Shown piece after piece: positions 24,253 to 33,852 of a stretch of DNA of 64,000 bases. Positions within the stretch are counted from its first letter, which is position 1; every line of letters starts with the position of its first letter. The notes below the pieces were generated by a model. It was not told the origin of the DNA and ran no database searches. It was given only the letters and a program-made list of their open reading frames with translations. This stretch comes from Balanoglossus misakiensis (lineage: Eukaryota > Animalia > Hemichordata): contig CM082588.2 of assembly GCA_040954595.2 (NCBI GenBank), forward strand, positions 6,336,202 to 6,400,201. The letters run 5' to 3'. Position numbers and translations under genes: made by a program.

Positions 24253-24507
24253 TCTTCGAGTTTGGCGGTTCAACGTTGCGGCTGCAAAAGACAAATTGGG
24301 ACGAAATTAGTAATATTCGAATGGCACAGTAGTGTGACCGATCTTGCTAGTACCAGTGGAATTCATTGTAATCGTGGCACGTGAGAAAAGTGAACCGGGC
24401 TCGTCTGAAGAATGGCGTCATACAAATCTTTTGACTACAGATACTGCATAATTATACTTCTTTGCGTTAAGCATTTTTGAATGGCAGAAAAAAACTCCAG
24501 ACATGTC

Positions 24508-24615
24508 CAAACCAAACCAAACTAAACCTGACATAACTAGTCCAGACCAAACCAAAACCAAAACCAAAACCAAAACCAAAACCCAAATGAGACCAGACCT
24601 AACCAAGCCAAGCCA
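24508..24615. repeat. (ACCAAA)n-type low-complexity repeat
   Basis: Tandem accaaa/accaga/gccaa units; these explain the VLVLVL ORF 24418-24606. Confidence 0.85.
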
Positions 24616-25446
24616 ATGATGTGAAGAATTCTGCCGTGTTTCACTTGCTGCGCTGATGAAAGTAGGCCCACTGCCGCAGAATACATCGCATCACTTGCGA
24701 ATTTAATAAACTTCTGAACGGCATGAGGCTATGGCGTTCTGTTCTATTGGGCTGATTGGTTACCTAAAGAACTGTGAGGTCGACTTGACCCCAATAGTAT
24801 AACAGATGTCCAGGTACGGATGAGATGTTATAATGGATAGGCAGCACTGGCTGTTGCGAACTGTAAAGGCTGATATGATTTATGCATGGTTAGACTTTTG
24901 TTACTGGCTCACGTATTCAAACGTCACTGGGTAGCAACCAGGAGTACCAACCAGATATGAAGTCAACATGAATCGCTGACAAGCCGTACGTGACAAGTGT
25001 GCTAAGTTTGAATATCGGGGTGGGGCGGCGGTTCGAACGTTCAAAAACAAAGGCACCCAACGTGCGCATTTGTGGATGGATGGTGGCAGAATTTAAAGAC
25101 TATCGTTTATGAAATCGCGAATTTTTGGCCCTAGGAGTTTAAAAGCAGGCATGTTAGAAACATTAGACTTAGCATGCGTGAGGCCGACCGAGAAGTTCAG
25201 TGTTCATGCGGGCAAGTGCATGAGCAGAAAACATGCAGTAATGGACTACACAAAAAAGGAATGACGAGTTTTCACAACTTGTTACCACGTTTGAGTTTGA
25301 ACACAGTGGCCAGGATCAAAATACTTTTGCAATGCGGTCATACTAATGGTGCATTTTCTAGTTCTGTAACAAGAATGTATAATAGATAAATTCTTTTAAA
25401 TGTTTCTGTATTCCATCATCAAACACTTTACATACTAAAAAAAGTA

Positions 25447-25482
<36 letters not shown>
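25447..25482. repeat. (CAA)n microsatellite
   Basis: Direct run. Confidence 0.9.
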
Positions 25483-25855
25483 AAAAAACTGCTTACCAAT
25501 GCTAAATATGTATGTCTGGAATGTACGTAACTTCGCTCACGTTTACCTTTGTGGCGAATATGGACTTGGTATACAGGTAAACTGAGTACTTAAAGACGCG
25601 TCAAAATCAATACGCGCTTTAGAAAGTGCATCCACTTTGAATACTTTTATGCAGAAAGTAGTTCAACTTTTGAGCCACAGGCAGCACTGGACTGGAAAGT
25701 CTTTAAAGTAATTTTCCATTCCTGTGCGACATTTAAAATGCCCTATAAATTTTCCAAAGGACGGTGGGCCCCTGTGTAATTTTTTCTTCTAAGTACATTA
25801 TATACACAAACACGTATGGATACAAAAAACCCAGTCGTAAACTGTATGTCGTACT

Positions 25856-25972
25856 CAATCTGATTAAAATCAGATGTAGGGAACGGCGACTTGGTTTTTT
25901 TATGCTGTCGCCTCACACTACGGCATAAAAAAACCAAGTCGCCGTTCCCTACATCTGATTTTAATCAGATTG
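25856..25972. mobile_element. 117-bp foldback MITE with 9-bp target-site duplication (Mutator-like)
   Basis: Perfect 50-bp inverted arms at 25856-25905 and 25923-25972 with a 17-bp spacer. TGTCGTACT is duplicated at 25847-25855 and 25973-25981. Confidence 0.88.
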
Positions 25973-27161
25973 TGTCGTACTATGCAGGGCTTTTTAAGGC
26001 CTAACAATAGCTTATTGAATTCATGCTGATGGGCAGTACGTGAAAGTCTGGCAAGGTCGAAGCTGCGAGAGCTTCAGCATTGAAACGCAACCAAGGGGTC
26101 TTCTTTCAACAGAAAAAATACTTTACCGGACTTTACAAACTATAGTCTGTGTGGTTTGCTATCACACGATGGCAACGGCGGCTGAAAAGATCACTCCACG
26201 AACTCTGCACAATGCACTGCAGATTAGAACACTGTAGGACATTGCAAAAACTGAGCGAGTGGATTTGGGAGGGGTCCTACATGGATCAAGAGAATACCTA
26301 GTAGTCTTGTATCCATACACCCCAGTGTGTTTTAGATAGACCCACACACAGGGTCTGGACACGCAGTCTACTCCCGTCTCTTTTGAGAATCTGCATGGCA
26401 ATAGAAGTCGAAATGCACTACTGATTGGCCGGAGCAATGACCCGGGCGTTGCTAATAGCTGGAAAATAATTAGCATTAAATGGTTGTGCAAATGCATTTT
26501 CATTTTTGAGTGTACGTATGATACTTCAGAGATGTGTCGGCCTGGTGTTGGACTGGCTAATCTGAGCGTCATTGAGTTAATAATGGTGCAAACATTGTCA
26601 GGAACATGACATTCTTCGTACGTAATAAAGACAAAGGTAGCCTGGTGTCCAGACCGCAGTGTGTTTTACATTCCACACCGATCCCACTTCTCTTGTATTC
26701 AACATAATAGACGTGGGGCGGAACCTTTCAAAATGTGACATCACCTTAGGACCAGACACGTGCAGGTTTCAGAGATATAAGGGATGTGAAAATAACGTCA
26801 TTCGTAATGCTCGGATCCACTTGTGAACACAGTCTACTCTCTTCACCTAACGGATGACTGAGTTGATATCTTGCTCTTTGACATCAATTCGATTGCCACG
26901 ATGCCTATATGTATGTGGCCGGACATACATGTGTATTTATTAAAAGTATTTCCGATTAAAAAGCTATGATGCATACTCGCATGTTTTTGTGTAGTTTCGA
27001 TGACGTACATGATAACAGTGTTTGAATAACCTGACACGGTCAGACTGTTATCTGAGAACCCTTTAAAATAATGAGGCAACACTTCCATATCTACAAACAG
27101 TTGTACCATCATCCACACCAAGAACAGAACTGTGGGCTCCCGTACATTTATACAGGCGAAA

Positions 27162-30056
27162 ATGGCGAAACTCGTTCAATTTGTAAGCAGCAGCGCTATT
27201 CCCCTATGCATGTTGATAATGCTCTGTGTCGTGTCTTCGTGTACATCCGAACCGACATGCAAGGTTTACAACTACACACACGTCGACTGCACCTACCGGA
27301 ACATGAAGACTGTACCCAGGAACCTACCAACATCGGCGACTCACTTGGATCTCTCGTACAATGACATCGCCAACTTTCCACCGCGCTGTTTTGAAACCCT
27401 TCACGGACTACTGGAGTTGACCATGTTCATTGGACGTGATCTCTCCATTCACACCGATGCATTCAAGGGACTGCCCTCCCTCAGATCATTGGAATTTACC
27501 GGCAATGGCTACATTACCTTCGGTAAGGGAGCACTTACATATCTAACAAAGCTAGAAGTCCTCACCATTCGCATAGGAAATATCAAAGACATGCAGCAGG
27601 AACCGTTCGCCAGTCTCAGCAAGTTATCCGTACTTAAAATATATGGACGAAGACCCTTTTCCAATCAAACCATGTCCTCACTTTTTCGTGGCCTTAAAAG
27701 CTTAGAAGAACTCCACATTTACTTCTCCTCCGTGGAACGTGCAACAGACTTTCCCAGATCAACATTTCAAGACCTGGTAAACCTTAAAGTGATTTATTTG
27801 GATTTCTGGCTGACCAAGTGTATACCAATTGAGTCCTTCGAACCGCTGGTAAACATTGAAAAGATAACAGTGAGGCAGCTGTATGACGTCACAGGTGATT
27901 GTAGTGTTACATTTTCCAGCTTTCCGCGGCTAAAGGAAGTGTCATTGATGGGTGTGGTGTCCGTAGATGGGCCGTCGGTACCAACATTTGACTTGTCCAA
28001 TGCAAATCTGAGCATATTTCGAATCAATGTCTTTTGGAACTATTCTCCGCCACGTCAAGGACAACTGCCGCTTGTAATGAATCTTGACAAAGTTGGACTT
28101 CTAGATATTGATGTCGGTGACCTGACTGGCATACAGTTGCTCGAGCACTTGTTTAACGATACTTTTAAGGCAAAAATTGAAGCACTTAACTTAGGCCACA
28201 GAGAATCAACAGAGGAGAGATTAAACATAACAGAAATGTTGTTTCGGGGACTAGCGAATAGTAGCCTACTTGAATTGGACATATCTTATAACCTAATAGA
28301 TACCATAGAAAAGGGTTCATTTTTCTGGTTGCCACAACTCGTTACTTTGAAGATGTATTACTGTAAGCCTAGTTCACTTCCTCCACTTGCATTCCAGGGT
28401 TTGCTTAAGTTAACAACCTTGATATTACAGGGGAATGATTTTGAAGATTTCCATGAACTAACGGAGGCAATGTTACAAGTGTCTAGTCTGAGATATCTCG
28501 ACATCAGTCACAATCGCTTTTCAGGACAAATTCCCCGGAACACGCTCGCAAACCTGCGTTCACTGGACACCCTCGTCCTCAGTCACAACAAGTTCTATTC
28601 CATCCACCCGAGGGCGTTTTATCACCTGTCAAGCTTGCGGGTGTTAGACTTGTCCTTGAATGACTTGCAAGCAGTGCCAAACAAGGCATTTGTGACCCTC
28701 TCCTCGCTGACGTCACTCTTCCTCCATTCTAATAAATTGGACTATGAAAGCACAGAGGAGCACCCGTTCCAAAATCTCTCCAATCTCACCGAGCTCACTC
28801 TAAGTACACTGGAGACCAAATACTTCAATCTCCAAGACGTTCAACATCTTGAGACTCTACGTATTCTCGGTAGCCAATCGGCTGCCCGTCGAGTATTCCC
28901 AAGAAATCTTCAACTAAAGTACCTTAAAATACTTGTTGTAGACGGTGTCACATTTAACAGACCAACAGAAGCAGTCATACTTGATGCCGACGTGATAATG
29001 TTACACCCTCACCATTCCCTCAAAGTTCTCCAACTGGCAAATAACAATTTCAACCAGATTAATTTTACGAGTTTGAACGTTTATGTTAACCTTGAGGAAC
29101 TGAGAGTTCCAAACAACAAAATATCCAACATCGACGGCACGCCGTACAAACTTACAAAACTGAAGATATTAGATCTATCTGAAAATTCAATTGCAGTCTT
29201 CTCGCCAGACATGCTGACGTCGTTGCCAAACTTAGCAGCCCTGAAAATTTATGGGAATCCGTTTGATTGCTCTTGTAAAATGAAGGCATTTCGTGAATGG
29301 CAGATGGAAGATGATAAAGTGTTGACATATTCTGATTATGATGCACTGAAGCAAATGATATGTGCGTCACCTGAAGGTAAAGAGAATTTGTTCGTGAACG
29401 AGATAGAATTAGGCCTGGAATGTAATTTAGCATTCATGATATCACTGCCGCTGTTAGGTGTCACTGTATTAGTTACAGTCAGTGCTGCACTTTGCAAGCG
29501 ATTCCACTGGTACATACGTTACGGTTACTTCCTCATGAAACTGAAACGAGGCGGTTATCAGCGAGTTGATAAAGATGACCAGCCGGCCGAGAAACAGTAT
29601 GACGCCTTTGTAGTTTACAACGAACACGACAGGGATTGGGTTATGCACGACCTGGTTCCCCATTTGGAGAACGTCGAGCCGCCAAACTTTAAACTGTGTA
29701 TTCACGAACGGGATTTCATGGGCGGCAACGATATCATCCAGAACATTCTGGACAGTATAGAGAACAGCCACAAGACGATGTTGGTCCTGTCACCGCATTT
29801 TGCGCAAAGCGAGTGGTGTTACTTTGAAATGAGAATGGCTCAGAGTTGCCTCTTTGAAGAGAAGCGAGACATCATAGTCATGGTATCACTGGAAGACATT
29901 CCTGATGACGTCATGCCTCGCATATTACGTAATATCTTGCTGACAAAAACCTACATCAAGTGGCCCAGGAATGAGATGGGCAGGAGGCTGTTCTGGGAGA
30001 AACTTAAACAGGAATTGAGATCAGACAGTCGAGTCAACAGGGTGGCTAAGGTATAA
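27162..30056 (+). CDS. Toll-like receptor, single-cysteine-cluster (vertebrate-like) type, intronless CDS, ~964 aa
   Basis: ATG at 27162 lies just after an acceptor-like tttatacag. Signal peptide, LRRNT (CKVYNYTHVDC), many LxxLxLxxN repeats, LRRCT (GNPFDCSC...C...C), TM (AFMISLPLLGVTVLVTVSAALC), then TIR with box 1 YDAFVVYN, box 2 LCIHERDF, SEWCYFE and box 3 FWEKLK. Orthology to numbered TLRs cannot be assigned by eye. Confidence 0.96.
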   Translation: MAKLVQFVSSSAIPLCMLIMLCVVSSCTSEPTCKVYNYTHVDCTYRNMKTVPRNLPTSATHLDLSYNDIANFPPRCFETLHGLLELTMFIGRDLSIHTDAFKGLPSLRSLEFTGNGYITFGKGALTYLTKLEVLTIRIGNIKDMQQEPFASLSKLSVLKIYGRRPFSNQTMSSLFRGLKSLEELHIYFSSVERATDFPRSTFQDLVNLKVIYLDFWLTKCIPIESFEPLVNIEKITVRQLYDVTGDCSVTFSSFPRLKEVSLMGVVSVDGPSVPTFDLSNANLSIFRINVFWNYSPPRQGQLPLVMNLDKVGLLDIDVGDLTGIQLLEHLFNDTFKAKIEALNLGHRESTEERLNITEMLFRGLANSSLLELDISYNLIDTIEKGSFFWLPQLVTLKMYYCKPSSLPPLAFQGLLKLTTLILQGNDFEDFHELTEAMLQVSSLRYLDISHNRFSGQIPRNTLANLRSLDTLVLSHNKFYSIHPRAFYHLSSLRVLDLSLNDLQAVPNKAFVTLSSLTSLFLHSNKLDYESTEEHPFQNLSNLTELTLSTLETKYFNLQDVQHLETLRILGSQSAARRVFPRNLQLKYLKILVVDGVTFNRPTEAVILDADVIMLHPHHSLKVLQLANNNFNQINFTSLNVYVNLEELRVPNNKISNIDGTPYKLTKLKILDLSENSIAVFSPDMLTSLPNLAALKIYGNPFDCSCKMKAFREWQMEDDKVLTYSDYDALKQMICASPEGKENLFVNEIELGLECNLAFMISLPLLGVTVLVTVSAALCKRFHWYIRYGYFLMKLKRGGYQRVDKDDQPAEKQYDAFVVYNEHDRDWVMHDLVPHLENVEPPNFKLCIHERDFMGGNDIIQNILDSIENSHKTMLVLSPHFAQSEWCYFEMRMAQSCLFEEKRDIIVMVSLEDIPDDVMPRILRNILLTKTYIKWPRNEMGRRLFWEKLKQELRSDSRVNRVAKV

Positions 30057-31906
30057 ATTTCATATTTATATTCGCATGTACTTGAAAAGTCACGATCTGA
30101 AACTACTAGTAATAGCCCCCGGACGATTGTTTAAACATGCGAGGTACAATTTACATAAGTAAACAGGTGGTTTTGACTAGTAATTACTAGTTTATTAACC
30201 TATTAACTATCTCACGAATGGGAATCAACCACACGCTCATCTATATCTTCCAGTAGCCAATATAATTGTACCACGTAGTTGCCTCGTGTTTTACAAAACC
30301 ATTTTACCGAAGTTACCTATTTTAGTTTTATAACTGCGTAAAAGGAAGTGTTTCGTTGCAAAATATTTTGGAAATAGACTTCTGTGGTGAATTTCTGAAT
30401 ATATTACTTCCCTTACTGTCAACTATTCTTATTACATATTAAAGGCCTGTCCGTTTGAACACAACTTTAGGGTGTATTCTGTTTCGTCTTTTTGTTTTAA
30501 TGTCCCACATAAGCTTATATGCCCATAGAAGTATGCGGAAAATACCTTCTGTAACTATATTGGATTATGTTGTGACAACAACAGGGAGTCTTAGCTTTGA
30601 ATACAATATGCCACTTTTCTGAACCTTGTGTGACTTACACCTTATATGGGGTTGTCAAAATTGGACATTTCGGTACATCCTCGTCGCTTCGCCAGTGAAA
30701 AGTGCGCCTCAGGCGGCAGAACATGAGCGACGAGTGGAGCGGCGTGGTCTGGAGACAACCTATTTCCGCATCCCAAGATATTTATAACCACCAATCACAT
30801 AGCTCAATATAATCGACATTTGAGACAATAGGTCAACCCCTTCATGCATATTCAATAGAAGGAGGAGCTAGTAAAAATAACCACCAACAACTGAAAAGCA
30901 ACATCAAGCGCGTCATGTGACTGACAACGGCAATAAGCGTGTCACAAGTGAATGCGCAGTGACACCAACAGACGAAGAAAAAGAGGTGGTAGACGACAAA
31001 ATTTTATTCAGTTTCTGTCATATTAGTATCGAAATAATGCGGCCTCATATATCAACACAACGACAGCATTTACATTATTCTTTGACAAATTCTGTTCAAT
31101 CAGTTGATCGTAGCATCTTATGGCAGAGTGTTCTCGAAAGTAGTTCCGGCCACACAGTGCAACTCTATTTCTGTATTTTTATTTGGCAACACTATACACG
31201 GCACTACACGTGGCTAGTTTGTAACTATTCTGACTTATTGCACTGCAGTCACCATTGCAGGCTATTGCATGGTGCCTGGTAACTGTGGAATGCTTTGACG
31301 TTTTTGCCAAAAGACAAATTTACTTGGTAACGTTCAAAAACTGTTGATCACGTTTTCATGTCCATGAAATAACAAAGCACAGTCGTTATTAATTACATTC
31401 AAAGTGATGTTTGAGAGGGAAGAGTTTCCATTACTTTTAAATTATTCATAAATCGTGGGGGTTAGTTCCAAAGTTGCTGAAATAAAACGGGACTTATTTG
31501 CTGCAGGACTACACACAGACCTTTCAACGGTTCTTAGGAAAAAAAGTAAATTTCCTATCATGTGACCTGCACTTGCAAAGCTACTGAGAAGACGGAATAC
31601 AAAGCGAAAAAATAAAAGATGAAATTACTATTTCACATCGTGCGAGGATTATTTTTTTCGCATGAAGATAAACCACATCCATGTTCGTAAAAAGCTATAA
31701 TTATTCTCTAAGTAATTTTGCAGACATTGTTGTCTTCCATCGAACGCACATGAAGCACTCGGGCCAATCGAGCGCGCCTTATGTAGCATGGGAAGTTTAT
31801 TATTTAGCGACGTCATAAACGCGTTCTTAGAACAAATAAGAATTGGAATGTTTGGCAGAAGTGACATCTTCGCAATCCTACAAACACTCAAGAAGACAAC
31901 CTGAAT

Positions 31907-32368
31907 ATGATTTCCGTGTGCTTTGCCTTGATTTTGGCGTTGATGGTGCCTTGCGTCCCAATGGGCGCCGACTTTTATGAGTGGCTGGACACCCAGCCCA
32001 GTACCAGCACGGGGATCTATGCCTTCCCGGACTTCAACATGCTGCCACCATTTCGAGGGTATGATCCCGACACCGATAGCAACCAATCAGAGGCTCCGGA
32101 AAACGATGATTCGGGTGTTTTCACCGAAAGGGGAGAATCGCCCTACTTTTTATTTTCGGAGGAGGAGGAAGAAATGGAGAAGGGAAAAGGAAAAGGGAAA
32201 GGCAAGGGCAAAGGAAAGAAATCTGCGGATGTCACTGAGAAAAAGACGACAGAAGAGAGTGAAAAGCAGCCAGGTTGTTTTCCGAGCATCGGTCGAGGAT
32301 TTTCAAGGTTCCGGCGGTGGGTCCTCAAGAAATTCCAGAGGAGGAACACCCAAATCAGTCCGGACTGA
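31907..32368 (+). CDS. Orphan single-exon ORF, 153 aa, predicted secreted
   Basis: Hydrophobic N-terminus MISVCFALILALMVPCVPMGA, acidic middle, (GK)n tract and a basic C-terminal segment. GC is higher than the flanks; AATAAA at ~32428. No family recognised. Confidence 0.5.
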   Translation: MISVCFALILALMVPCVPMGADFYEWLDTQPSTSTGIYAFPDFNMLPPFRGYDPDTDSNQSEAPENDDSGVFTERGESPYFLFSEEEEEMEKGKGKGKGKGKGKKSADVTEKKTTEESEKQPGCFPSIGRGFSRFRRWVLKKFQRRNTQISPD

Positions 32369-33852
32369 ACAATGTCGACAACAACAACGACACGATGTTC
32401 ATTATCTTTTTTTTTTCATTTCTCACATAATAAAAATTAAGAAAAGTACACACCATGTGATTGGGAATCATTTGTGTGCAATGTGTATCGGAATGTGTTT
32501 GAATTGGGTACAGTTTGCATGCAAGTGGCTGGCACTGAATTATAACAATAATAATAACACTATGTTATTACCACCACATCACTTTGTTCAAGAAAAGGGA
32601 TAAAATTCATATGCGAGTCGTATATCAAATATTTTCCGAATGTCCCCCACAAGCCGGGCATTGTCACAAGTAGCGCCCTCGCCGTCTGAAGTACAACATT
32701 CCTTTGTTATTATTTACTTAATCGCAATGTTGTGTTAACTATAGGCTTCAAGTATCGAGAATTTTTCTCTTCTTGATAACTTTTCACCAAAACCTTAAAC
32801 CCACTACAGAGCCCCGATAGTGTATCGAATTTCAGACCAATCCAACCAGTTTCCTGATAAATTAATGAAACAGACATAACTAACACCACCTATCTGTGTT
32901 TAAAGTTATTTTAAGTACCCGAGACTGGAACATAAAATGTAGACTTTCACAATACTGCACATTTTTTTTACAAAATGTGTTTTATTACAATTTCCAATGG
33001 TATATACCAATCTCACATCTATTTAGTAATACGAGAATCTTGAGACCTGGAAAAATGTACATTGTAGTACATACATGTATTTGATATCAGTGTAGTCTAA
33101 GTACATGTATTTCCTTAAATTGCAAAAATTTGTTCTTTAGATTCATTGACAAAATTATTTCCATTCACAAATACAAAATAACCCCCCTCCCCTTAAGTAA
33201 GATTTACAGTCAGCCAATATTACCCTATATGCTGGCTGTTACCAAACAAATAAAAAAAAATCCTCCAAAAGTATTACTATTAAAATTTAATGGACAGTAT
33301 TTACCATTATTAAGTATGGACAAATTCATTATGGCAGTGCACAAGTTGTAGCCAATGGCAAAATACATGACCATTTATTATGAAAATTTGCATAAATTTG
33401 GGAACATTATGGCAGTGCACAATTTAATCTTAATTCTTCCTAATGTAAAAAATTGTAATTTTTTTTCCTGAATTTGGAAATGTACAACCTTATTTAATAG
33501 TGTTGAATCTTGTTGAAAAAAAAGGCATGCCCAGGTTTTCTGATGACCAGTCGGATTTATGTATATATACATCTTGGGCTTTTGAAAGAAATACAGGTTC
33601 TTCATAATTCGCTCGTGTACCAACACCCCTCATGCACAAAAACTGAATGATCCGTTTTCATGTGTGTTTTGGTTACCCTTCAATAAGCCAGTGGGATACT
33701 CGCCACTGCTGTTGGTTGTTGTGCCTCCCCTCCCCCTGAGTCAGACTACCTGGTTTATTGATTTCCTAGCTAACCGTTTCCTATCCAGTGGGGTGATCAC
33801 CCTTACATGTAGCTGCACAAGAGATGCCTCCCTATTGCAGGGGGAATGGGTT

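Noticed and set aside
27132-27161. GTG-started N-terminal extension of the TLR ORF in the ORF track
   Set aside because: The gene is eukaryotic. The ATG at 27162 precedes the signal peptide, and an acceptor-like tacag lies at ~27155.
31977-32603. 208-aa overlapping plus-frame ORF
   Set aside because: It is an alternative frame of the purine-rich orphan ORF. It runs through the poly(A) signal and AT-rich sequence and has no signal peptide.
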